A stretch of DNA of 24,000 bases from an uncultured Candidatus Saccharimonadales bacterium (GTDB taxonomy: Bacteria; Patescibacteriota; Saccharimonadia; UBA4664): NCBI GenBank assembly GCA_964530365.1, contig CAZGZY010000001.1, positions 6,348-30,347 of the forward strand. Reading direction: 5' to 3'. The notes beneath the pieces were generated by a model, which saw nothing but the letters and a program-made list of their open reading frames with translations, did no database searches and was not told the origin of the DNA. Below are positions 15,830 to 23,658 of this stretch, one piece after another. The position numbers were made by a program, and so were the translations under genes. How positions within the stretch are numbered: position 1 is the stretch's first letter; each line of letters begins with the position of its first letter.

Positions 15830-16753
15830 ATGCAGTATTTGTTATGGGCTATTCAAGTGGCGCTCGTGCCGGTAATGTCGCCGCTCATCATCGGTATTAT
15901 CAACAATCTCAAAGCCAAGCTGCAGAAGCGTCAGGGGCCGAGTGTTTTCCAGCCATACCGCAATATCGCCAAACTCTTGCGCAAAGACGAAGTCATTAGC
16001 CGCGACGCGTCGTTTATGACGCGCATTGCGCCGGCCATCGTGTTTGGGGTGACGCTGGTGGTGGGCGCGAGCATTCCGTTGTTCGCGTCGTTTTTGCGGA
16101 CGCCCTCAGGTGATTTGGTTACGGTGGTGTATATGTTGGCTTTGGGGACGTTCTTTCTGGCGCTCGTGGGCATGGACGTGGGCGGCGCGTTCGGGGGTTT
16201 TGGCTCCAGCCGCGAGATGACAGTATCGGCGCTGGCTGAAGGGTCGTTTATCTTCTCGATCTTCGCGCTGGCGCTGGTGTCGGGCGCCACCAACTTGTCG
16301 GCGATTTCTGAGGGCGTCATGAGTAACTACGGCCATTTTTTGGTGCCGGTGGTGCTGGCGTTTATCGGGTTCTTTATTGTGCTATTGGCCGAGACTAGCC
16401 GCTACCCGTTTGATAACCCCGACACCCACTTGGAGTTGACCATGATCCACGAAGCCATGCTGCTTGAGCTGTCGGGTAAGAAATTGGCCCTCATGGAGTG
16501 GGCGGCGGCCAACAAGTTCTTCATTTTTGCCGCGCTGGCCGCGAACTTGTTCTTGCCGTTTGGCATCGCCACGACCGCGACGGTGGGTGGCGTGGTCATC
16601 GGGCTACTCGCGCTCATGGCTAAGTTGCTCGTGATTTGCGTGGTGGTGGCGGTGTTGGAGTCGGTGACGGCCAAGCTGCGGTTCTTCCGCCTTCCCGACT
16701 TGCTCTTGGTGGCGTCTATTTTTAACATCTTCGCGATCGGGTTAATTAAATGA
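15830..16753 (+). CDS. hyfC: HyfC/HycD-like (NuoH-type) membrane subunit
   Basis: 307 aa, the same length as E. coli HycD. The N-terminus SPLIIGIINNLKAKLQKRQGPSVFQPYRNIAKLLRKDEV parallels the HycD/NuoH 'RRGP..LQ.Y.D..KL' segment. Multiple TM helices. Confidence 0.9.
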   Translation: MQYLLWAIQVALVPVMSPLIIGIINNLKAKLQKRQGPSVFQPYRNIAKLLRKDEVISRDASFMTRIAPAIVFGVTLVVGASIPLFASFLRTPSGDLVTVVYMLALGTFFLALVGMDVGGAFGGFGSSREMTVSALAEGSFIFSIFALALVSGATNLSAISEGVMSNYGHFLVPVVLAFIGFFIVLLAETSRYPFDNPDTHLELTMIHEAMLLELSGKKLALMEWAAANKFFIFAALAANLFLPFGIATTATVGGVVIGLLALMAKLLVICVVVAVLESVTAKLRFFRLPDLLLVASIFNIFAIGLIK

Positions 16754-17403
16754 TTATGAACGCGCTCTTCTCCCAGTTTTTCATTACGCTTATTTTCATC
16801 ATGGCGGTTTACTTTCACATCGCAAAAAAGAACTTTAGCGTGGCGGTAATGTATGGGGTGCAGTCGGTGGCGATCGTGGCGCTATTGCTCGCCTCATTCC
16901 TGGAGCGAGGGTCGTTATCGCTCCTGCTGATCGCGCTCGTGACGTTTGTGGTGAAGGTGGTGCTGGCGCCGGTGTTTTTCATGCGGCTTGTAAAGCAGCA
17001 CCAGCTTAAGTTTACGGTGAGCTCATACCTGAGCACCCCGCTCACGCTCGTGATTGTGGCGGCCATCGCGGCTCTGACCAACTCGCGGATCTTTGCTCCC
17101 GTGACGCGCATTATGCCGGCCAATGAGGCCTACTTGGCGCTGGCGCTGTCGGCCATGCTGATCTCGATTTTCCTCATGATTAACCGCAAGAGCGCTTTGT
17201 CGCAAATTGTTGGTATATTGTCGTTGGAAAACAGCATCGTGGCGTTTGCCATTTTTTCCGGCTTGGAGCAGTCCCCAACCTTGCAGCTGGGGATTATCTT
17301 CGACATTTTCGTGTGGTTGATGATCGCGGTGGTGTTTGTGTCGATGATTTACCGCCACTTTGGGTCGCTGGATGTAACCTCTATGAAACACTTGAAGGAC
17401 TAA
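16750..17403 (+). CDS. hyfE: HyfE-like small membrane subunit
   Basis: 217 aa (E. coli HyfE is 216 aa) with 6-7 TM helices. It sits between the NuoH-like and NuoM/N-like genes exactly as in hyf operons. ATGA overlap with hyfC-like. Confidence 0.8.
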   Translation: MIMNALFSQFFITLIFIMAVYFHIAKKNFSVAVMYGVQSVAIVALLLASFLERGSLSLLLIALVTFVVKVVLAPVFFMRLVKQHQLKFTVSSYLSTPLTLVIVAAIAALTNSRIFAPVTRIMPANEAYLALALSAMLISIFLMINRKSALSQIVGILSLENSIVAFAIFSGLEQSPTLQLGIIFDIFVWLMIAVVFVSMIYRHFGSLDVTSMKHLKD

Positions 17404-17406
17404 CCT

Positions 17407-18849
17407 ATGGAACTGTTACTTATCTTCGCGGCTTTCGTTATTGCTGCTGTTACCGGGCTGGTGGCGCGGCGCAAGATCTTTTTTGAAACCGCGTCGGTCG
17501 CTGCGGGGATGGTGGCGCTGGCGGTGTCGGTGGACGTGGCCCTAAAAGTAGCTAGGGGTGGAGCGTACGAGCCGGCGGTATTCTTCTCGGTTGATTCGCT
17601 GGGCGCGATTATGATGCTTATTATTGCCTGCGTGGGGCTAGCCGCTACGGCCTACTCGGTGGCGTATTTGCATCGGGAGCTAGCCAAGGGCATCATTGGC
17701 ATGACCCGGGTGCGGCAGTTTTTTGTTCTCCTGAACGTGTTTTTGGCCGCCATGTTCTTGGCCATTACTTCCAGCAGCCCAATCGTGACCTGGGTTTCGG
17801 TGGAAGCCACTACCCTCTCGACCGCCTTCTTGATTAGCTTCTACAACAAGCCGTCGGCGATGGAGGCAGCCTGGAAGTACCTCATTATCAACTCCGTGGG
17901 CTTGCTGCTGGGCTTTTTTGGCACGCTATTGTACTTCACCTCCATTCACACCTCACTTGCCACCGAGTTTGTGACCTGGCACTCGCTGGCCTACAACGCG
18001 GCGCATTTGGACCCAGTGATTGCCAAGATGGCGTTCATTTTCGTGCTCATTGGTTACGGCACCAAAGTGGGTCTCGCGCCGATGCACACCTGGCTGCCCG
18101 ACGCGCACAGCAAGGCTCCGGTGCCGGTGAGCGCGTTGTTGTCCGGTGTGCTACTCAACGTGGCGCTGGTGGTGGTACTGCGGTTTAAGGTGATTACTGA
18201 CGCCGTAGCCGGCCAGTCGTTCTCGCAGAGCCTGCTGTTGGTGTTTGGGTTGCTGTCGGTGTTGTTCGCGGCGCTGATCATCATGACCCAAAAGAACTAC
18301 AAACGGCTGCTGGCTTACTCGTCAATCGAGAATATGGGCATTATGGCGCTTGGGTTCGGGTTTGGTGGCCTCGGGGTGTTTGCCGCGGTCCTGCACATGA
18401 TCTACCACGCGTTAGTGAAGTCGGCGCTGTTTTTGACCTCTGGCACGATCTTCCTGAAATATAGCTCCACCAAGCTCGTCAACGTGACCGGCGTGCTCAA
18501 GGCGCTGCCGGTGACGGGCGTATTGTTCTTGCTCGGCTTCTTTGCCATTGCCGGCATGCCGCCGTTTGGAATCTTTCTCACCAAGATCTTGATTTTGACT
18601 GCCGGCATTAAAGCCAACCCGGTTGTGGCGGTTGTCGCGTTGCTGCTCGTGGCCGTGTTGTTTATCGGCTTCTTCAAACATGTGTCGGCGATGGTGTCCG
18701 GCGAGAAGCCGGCCGACGTCGCGGCTGGCGAGACGAGCATTTGGCTCATTTTGCCGCCCCTGGCGCTGATTCTGACGGCTCTTGTCTTTAGTATTCATAT
18801 CCCCCAATTCTTACAAACATTGCTGCATGACGCAGCGGCGAGGTATTAA
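17407..18849 (+). CDS. hyfF: HyfF/HyfD-like (NuoM/N-type) antiporter-like membrane subunit
   Basis: Motifs: WVSVEATTLSTAFLI, GYGTKVGLAPMHTWLPDAHSKAPVPVSALLSGVLLNVAL, LLAYSSIENMG, HALVKSALFLTSG and PPFGIFLTKIL. 480 aa. Confidence 0.85.
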   Translation: MELLLIFAAFVIAAVTGLVARRKIFFETASVAAGMVALAVSVDVALKVARGGAYEPAVFFSVDSLGAIMMLIIACVGLAATAYSVAYLHRELAKGIIGMTRVRQFFVLLNVFLAAMFLAITSSSPIVTWVSVEATTLSTAFLISFYNKPSAMEAAWKYLIINSVGLLLGFFGTLLYFTSIHTSLATEFVTWHSLAYNAAHLDPVIAKMAFIFVLIGYGTKVGLAPMHTWLPDAHSKAPVPVSALLSGVLLNVALVVVLRFKVITDAVAGQSFSQSLLLVFGLLSVLFAALIIMTQKNYKRLLAYSSIENMGIMALGFGFGGLGVFAAVLHMIYHALVKSALFLTSGTIFLKYSSTKLVNVTGVLKALPVTGVLFLLGFFAIAGMPPFGIFLTKILILTAGIKANPVVAVVALLLVAVLFIGFFKHVSAMVSGEKPADVAAGETSIWLILPPLALILTALVFSIHIPQFLQTLLHDAAARY

Positions 18850-20417
18850 TGGCTACAATCAATTTGCAACAATATATCCCAGATAGCGCTCAGATGGAGC
18901 AGTATGGCAATGTGGTGGCTTTTGAGGTTCCGACGAGCGAGATTGTGGCGTTGGTGACGGATTGGTACGCTAACCAGCATTTGTCCCTCAAGCTCATTGA
19001 CGCGACCGACGAGACTGCGGACGGCGATGGGTTTAAGGTGTGGTACGTGTTTGGCGTGCCGGGGGCGGCGAAGTTCTTGGCGGCGTATATTCGCATTGGA
19101 AAAGACGGGCAATTCCCGTCTTTGGCCGGCGCGGTACATGAGGCTGGCGCCTACGAGAAGAAGATTCGGACATTTTTCGGGCTCAACCCGGTGGGCTACC
19201 CGGATCCCCGTCCGGCGCTGCTACACGAAAATTGGCCAACCACGCTACATCCGTTGCGCAAGGGCTTTGCCGGTACAATGCGACCCAAAGATGCCCACGG
19301 CACGTATAAGATGCAGGTTGTGGAGGGCGAAGGCATTTACGAGATTCCGGTGGGGCCAATTCATGCCGGCATCATTGGCCCGGGGCACTTCCGGTTTAGC
19401 GTGGCCGGTGAAGAGATTATCTTGCTCGACCCGAAGCTGGGGTGGTCGCACCGTGGCGTTGAGAAGCTGTTTGAAGGGTTTGAGCTGGCCGACCAAATTC
19501 GGTTGTCGGAGAAGGTGTCGGGTGATAGTTCGTTTGGCCACTCGCTGGCATTTTGCCAAGCGGTGGAGGCTCTGGGCGGCATTGCGGTGCCGGAGCGGGC
19601 GAAGTTCCTGCGCGTGATCTACGCCGAGCTGGAACGCCTGGCCAACCACTTTGGCGACATTGGCTTTATTATGCTCGATACTGGTTTCAATTTCGGCGGT
19701 TCTCAGGGTGCGCGGTTGCGTGAGGCTATCATGCAGATCAACGGTCGGCTGACCGGCAGCCGGTTCCTGCGCGGCGTGAACGTGGTGGGTGGTGTGGCTC
19801 GCGATATTACCAAAGACGAGCGCTTGGACTTGCCGCGCGAGCCGCGGATGGCCAAGGATTTCACCGAGCTCATTGAGATCGCCGAGAGTAGCATCTCGGT
19901 GCTAAACCGCCTCAAGGGCACCGGCCGCTTGCCGCGCGACATCGCCGAAGACCATGGCGTGGTAGGCGTTGGGGCTCGGGCGGTAGGCCTGGCAGCCGAT
20001 GTGCGCGCCGACCACCCTTACGCGGCTTATGGCGAGCTGGGGCCAATCGACGTGGCCGTGGAGCAAAGCGGCGACGTGTACGCCCGATTCCGAGTACGGG
20101 TGAAGGAGGTCATTGCCTCGCTGGAGCTCATTCGGGGCGCAGTGGCAGCTCTGCCTGAGGGCGAGATCGTCAGCCGTCACGCGGATAAGCCTCTGGCGAA
20201 GAGCGCGGTGGCCATTGGCTTGGTAGAGGGCTGGCGCGGCGAGATCGCCTACTTTGTGCGTACCGACGCGAAGGGCGCCATTAGCCGGGTGGCTGTGCGC
20301 GACCCTTCGGCCGCCAACTGGCAGGCGGTGCCGTATTGCGCCCCCGGCATGATGGTGCCCGACTTCCCGCTCATCAACAAGAGTTTCAACTTGTCTTACT
20401 CGGGTAACGACCTTTAG
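18849..20417 (+). CDS. hyfG: HyfG/HycE-like (NuoC-NuoD fusion) 'large subunit' homologue lacking Ni-Fe ligands
   Basis: NuoC-like N-domain: YEKKIRTFFGLNPVGYPDPRPALLHENWPTTLHPLRKGF. NuoD/large-subunit core: IPVGPIHAGIIGPGHFRFSVAGEEIILLDPKLGWSHRGVEKL. The L1 motif reads EKVSGDSSFGHS (vs ERxCGxCxxxHS). The C-terminus reads FNLSYSGNDL-stop (vs DPCxxCxxR plus a cleavable tail). Confidence 0.9.
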   Translation: MATINLQQYIPDSAQMEQYGNVVAFEVPTSEIVALVTDWYANQHLSLKLIDATDETADGDGFKVWYVFGVPGAAKFLAAYIRIGKDGQFPSLAGAVHEAGAYEKKIRTFFGLNPVGYPDPRPALLHENWPTTLHPLRKGFAGTMRPKDAHGTYKMQVVEGEGIYEIPVGPIHAGIIGPGHFRFSVAGEEIILLDPKLGWSHRGVEKLFEGFELADQIRLSEKVSGDSSFGHSLAFCQAVEALGGIAVPERAKFLRVIYAELERLANHFGDIGFIMLDTGFNFGGSQGARLREAIMQINGRLTGSRFLRGVNVVGGVARDITKDERLDLPREPRMAKDFTELIEIAESSISVLNRLKGTGRLPRDIAEDHGVVGVGARAVGLAADVRADHPYAAYGELGPIDVAVEQSGDVYARFRVRVKEVIASLELIRGAVAALPEGEIVSRHADKPLAKSAVAIGLVEGWRGEIAYFVRTDAKGAISRVAVRDPSAANWQAVPYCAPGMMVPDFPLINKSFNLSYSGNDL

Positions 20418-20466
20418 CGTTTTCCGAATCGACAAACGCTGCTAAAGCCGGGATAATAATATTGCT

Positions 20467-21393
20467 ATGATTACGTTTTATTATCGCAGTATGCGCGAGG
20501 ACAAGTTGGTTAAGCTGCCGGCGTTTAAGGCCGGGGCGTGGGTGCACGTGGAGGCGCCCAGCCGCGCTGAACTGCAAGGACTCACCGAGAAATTCGGGCT
20601 TGACCCCGACCTTTTGGGCGATGCCCTGGACCCCGACGAGATCCCCCGCGCCGAGGTGGAGGGCGAAGTGGTGTATCTGTATATGCGCTACGCCTACCGC
20701 CAAGGCGACATCGTGGAGACCGACCCCGTGCTGCTGGCCGTGGGCGCTAATTTTGTGGTGACGGTGGCGCGCAATCCGCTGCCCGGCCTGGAGCGGTTCT
20801 TGGCTTCAGCGGTGCTGTTTACGACCCAGCGGGCCAAATTGCTACTGTTGCTCATGAGATACCTGGTGCTCAGCTATGAATCGAATGTGAAGTACCTAGA
20901 CCGCCAGATTCGCGGTGTGCGAGCCAAGATGAACGTGGCAACGGTCAACAACCGCGATTTCGTGCAGTTTGTGGTAATTGAAGACGCCCTTAACTCATTT
21001 TTGGCCGAGCTCGTGCCGGAAACGCTATTGCTCCAGAGCTTGCTGTCGGGCCGACAGAAGCTGACGTTCCACGAGGACGACAAAGACTTAATTGAAGACC
21101 TAGTGCAAGCTACCCGCCAGCTCGATGAATCGAGTCGGTCGAGCTTGCGTACCATCGTGAACATCCGCGAAGCCTATTCGAACATCATGACCAACAACCT
21201 AAACCGGCGCGTGGAATTGCTCACGTCACTGACGGTGGTGCTCACGATCCCGACCATCGTTTTTAGCCTCTGGGGCGTCAATGTGCCGGTGCCAGGCGCC
21301 GGCAATCCCCACGCTTTCGCGTTCTTGGGGATGGGCACTCTGGCGATGATTATCGCCGTGCTGTATTGGTTGTATCGCAGACGCTGGCTGTAA
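20467..21393 (+). CDS. corA: CorA-family divalent-cation channel (GVN variant of the GMN motif)
   Basis: Cytoplasmic alpha/beta plus coiled-coil region, then LTVVLTIPTIVFSLWGVNVPVPG, a second TM helix and the basic tail YRRRWL. This is the canonical CorA C-terminal architecture. It lies 49 nt downstream of hyfG-like on the same strand. Confidence 0.85.
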   Translation: MITFYYRSMREDKLVKLPAFKAGAWVHVEAPSRAELQGLTEKFGLDPDLLGDALDPDEIPRAEVEGEVVYLYMRYAYRQGDIVETDPVLLAVGANFVVTVARNPLPGLERFLASAVLFTTQRAKLLLLLMRYLVLSYESNVKYLDRQIRGVRAKMNVATVNNRDFVQFVVIEDALNSFLAELVPETLLLQSLLSGRQKLTFHEDDKDLIEDLVQATRQLDESSRSSLRTIVNIREAYSNIMTNNLNRRVELLTSLTVVLTIPTIVFSLWGVNVPVPGAGNPHAFAFLGMGTLAMIIAVLYWLYRRRWL

Positions 21394-21408
21394 TCGTCTG
21401 AGTTTGCC

Positions 21409-22509
21409 CTAAGGACAGAGGTTAGCCAGGTCGCCGTAGTAGGCCATGGCCGACTTTGTGATGGCGCAAGCGGTAACGGCGCTCGCGGGGGCCGACGAGG
21501 TGGCTTGGGTCTGCGGGCGGCCGGTAATAGCCCCGAGTAGGCTCGCTACTAGGCCCTTGGGGGTTTGCTCGCGCATCACCACGTAGTTGTCGCCTAGGCC
21601 AGCGGCTTTGGCTAGCGCCTGGTAGGTGACTTCGCGGCTGGCGGTGCCGTCGATGAGCTTGAGGTCGGTGGCGGATTTATTGTCGTAAGCCATGGCGCCG
21701 ATGGTGTTTTTAATGGTGTCTGTCGGGATGCCGCGGCGCTCGCTCACATACTGCACGAACAGGTCGTAATCGTTGTTGACTTGCTTTTGGAGCGCGGCGA
21801 TTTCGTCGGTGGTGAGGCGGCGGTAGGGGTTGCCGAGGTCCTTGGATTTGCCGGCCGTGATGTTGTACTGCGTGATGCCGTTTTGCGTCACTACTCCCCC
21901 GCCGAGCAGGCCGCTGTCTTGGGCTACTACCTTGTCGTAATACTCGAACGGCCCCATGATGACGCCGATGCTGCCGACGTCCGAGCCGTAGTCGGCCATG
22001 ACTTTGTCGGCGCTCACGGCGGCCCAATAGGCGCCCGAGGCTCCGAGGCCGGACACGAACGCGTACACCGGCCGGTGTGTGGCCGCTTTGTAGTACTTTA
22101 CCCCGTCGGCGATGGCGTGTGCGCCGTAGATGGTGCCGCCGGGTGAGTTAATCTCTAGCACCACGCCCTTAATGCTGTCGTCGTCGGCCGCGGCGTAGAG
22201 CTTTTGCTTCACCTCGTAGCCGGAGGTGTCGTTGTTGCCGAAGCCGAGCGGTGAGGCTTCGTCGGAGTCGCCCACAATTACTCCGCTCACCTTAATGGAT
22301 AGCAGCTGGTTCGTGCCTTTGCCGAACACCGTTTGGAGGTTCGAGATGTTTGAGGTGGATGCTCCCCCGCCCAACGCCAGGCCGATGACCACTAGCAGGA
22401 TGAGCGGAAACAGCAGGCAGAGCGCCAGCGCGTTGTAGCCGACGAAGATGTAGCCGGTGAGCTTGAGCAGGTTTTTGTAGTAGGGGTGACGGGTGAGAAA
22501 CTTTGCCAT
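21409..22509 (-). CDS. sppA: Signal peptide peptidase SppA (S49 family, 36K type)
   Basis: N-terminal TM anchor, GVVLEINSPGGTIYGAHAI, VSGLGASGAYWAAVSADKVMA (Ser nucleophile region) and GSIGVIMG. Confidence 0.85.
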   Translation of the reverse strand: MAKFLTRHPYYKNLLKLTGYIFVGYNALALCLLFPLILLVVIGLALGGGASTSNISNLQTVFGKGTNQLLSIKVSGVIVGDSDEASPLGFGNNDTSGYEVKQKLYAAADDDSIKGVVLEINSPGGTIYGAHAIADGVKYYKAATHRPVYAFVSGLGASGAYWAAVSADKVMADYGSDVGSIGVIMGPFEYYDKVVAQDSGLLGGGVVTQNGITQYNITAGKSKDLGNPYRRLTTDEIAALQKQVNNDYDLFVQYVSERRGIPTDTIKNTIGAMAYDNKSATDLKLIDGTASREVTYQALAKAAGLGDNYVVMREQTPKGLVASLLGAITGRPQTQATSSAPASAVTACAITKSAMAYYGDLANLCP

Positions 22510-22609
22510 ATACCGCTATTTTGCGGTAACGGTTATGGTTATTCAAGGCTAAGATTAGCGGCGGGGCCGTTGACTTGTTGTGTACCTAATGTTATTGTAT
22601 TGTTTGAAT

Positions 22610-23605
22610 ATGAAATTTTCTTCCCTACCCAAGGCATTCCCTTCCTATTTGAGAGCCGCCGTTTTAGTTGCGGCTGGTGCAATTGTGGCTGGTCTATTCA
22701 CTTGGGCAACCGTAGCTGTGGGTGGCAGCGTGCGCGGGATGGCGTGGGTGGCAATTGGCCCAGCTGTCATCAACAAGGTCGACGGCAAGGCGACTGCCCT
22801 GATTGGCTCTTCTCCAACATCAACGCCAAGCGCAATCACTCCTAAGCCGGCCGCGGACGATCCACGCCCGCCGGATAACGCGAATCCGCGGTACGCGGTA
22901 CACCCCGTGACCATCGGTGGCAACACCTACGGGGCCGAGGTCGTTCCGGGCGAAGCGGGTAGTGCTTCTTGGCCGTCAAACGAGCCGCTGGTACTTTCTG
23001 CTACACAGGTCAGCTACGGCCAGGGCGGACATAGTGCCGAGATTACGGCCAGTTCGCCTGACGGCTATGATATTTGTAATGTTAGCCAATATAACCTCAA
23101 CTTGGTGGCGGCCACTAACTACCCTGGTTGTGGCGCGCACAGTGTTTTCTTTGTAGACGGCCACCCAGCTCCGGGGGCTTATGTACTTCATGTTTTTGCT
23201 GACACCAGGGACAAAGTCCATGCCGGCAAGTACATCCGGTACGACGGCTATATCACCGTCACTATCACAAATTCACCACCAAGCTTTTACTTAGCAGCCG
23301 GCAATTATTCTTTGACACGCGAATCCGGTAACCCTGCGGGCACCTATTTCTACCATCTAGACGTCCCTCTGATCATAACCACCGATATGGGCTACATATC
23401 TTCTCCGCCTATTTACTTAGTAGCTGCAAGTGGGACAGAAGCTTGTGAAAGCCAAAGTGTACCTCCAGTGGGGTCCCTAATGGATCAGAACAAATGGGAC
23501 TGCGCGATCGAAGACGGCCCGCAGCCGCACGCCCATGTTTCTTTGACTTTCCGGGCTAACGACACGGTTACGACGCGCGAGATTACCGTTCCGATTTCGT
23601 TCTAG
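22610..23605 (+). CDS. Hypothetical exported / membrane-anchored protein
   Basis: I prefer the ATG at 22610 (MKFSSLPKAFPSYLRAAVLVAAGAIVAGLF, a signal-anchor) over the track's GTG at 22580. A Pro/Ser/Thr-rich linker is followed by a ~230 aa beta-rich domain with 4 Cys. I recognise no family. Confidence 0.5.
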   Translation: MKFSSLPKAFPSYLRAAVLVAAGAIVAGLFTWATVAVGGSVRGMAWVAIGPAVINKVDGKATALIGSSPTSTPSAITPKPAADDPRPPDNANPRYAVHPVTIGGNTYGAEVVPGEAGSASWPSNEPLVLSATQVSYGQGGHSAEITASSPDGYDICNVSQYNLNLVAATNYPGCGAHSVFFVDGHPAPGAYVLHVFADTRDKVHAGKYIRYDGYITVTITNSPPSFYLAAGNYSLTRESGNPAGTYFYHLDVPLIITTDMGYISSPPIYLVAASGTEACESQSVPPVGSLMDQNKWDCAIEDGPQPHAHVSLTFRANDTVTTREITVPISF

Positions 23606-23658
23606 GACCAGCTTGAGAGAACTCATGCTCAAAGTTGGCGTATGGAGTAGGTGGCTTA

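Noticed and set aside
13234-20417. Annotating the cluster as a functional hydrogenase-4 / formate hydrogenlyase
   Set aside because: Homology to Hyf/Hyc is clear. However, all four Ni-Fe cysteines, all four small-subunit cluster cysteines and the HycF/HyfH/HyfA ferredoxin subunits are missing, as are hyp/hycI and fdhF genes. An H2-evolving function is therefore not supportable.
23611-23633. Hairpin after the hypothetical gene (TTGAG-10 nt-CTCAA) as a terminator
   Set aside because: The stem is only 5 bp and AT-rich, with a large loop and no U-run.
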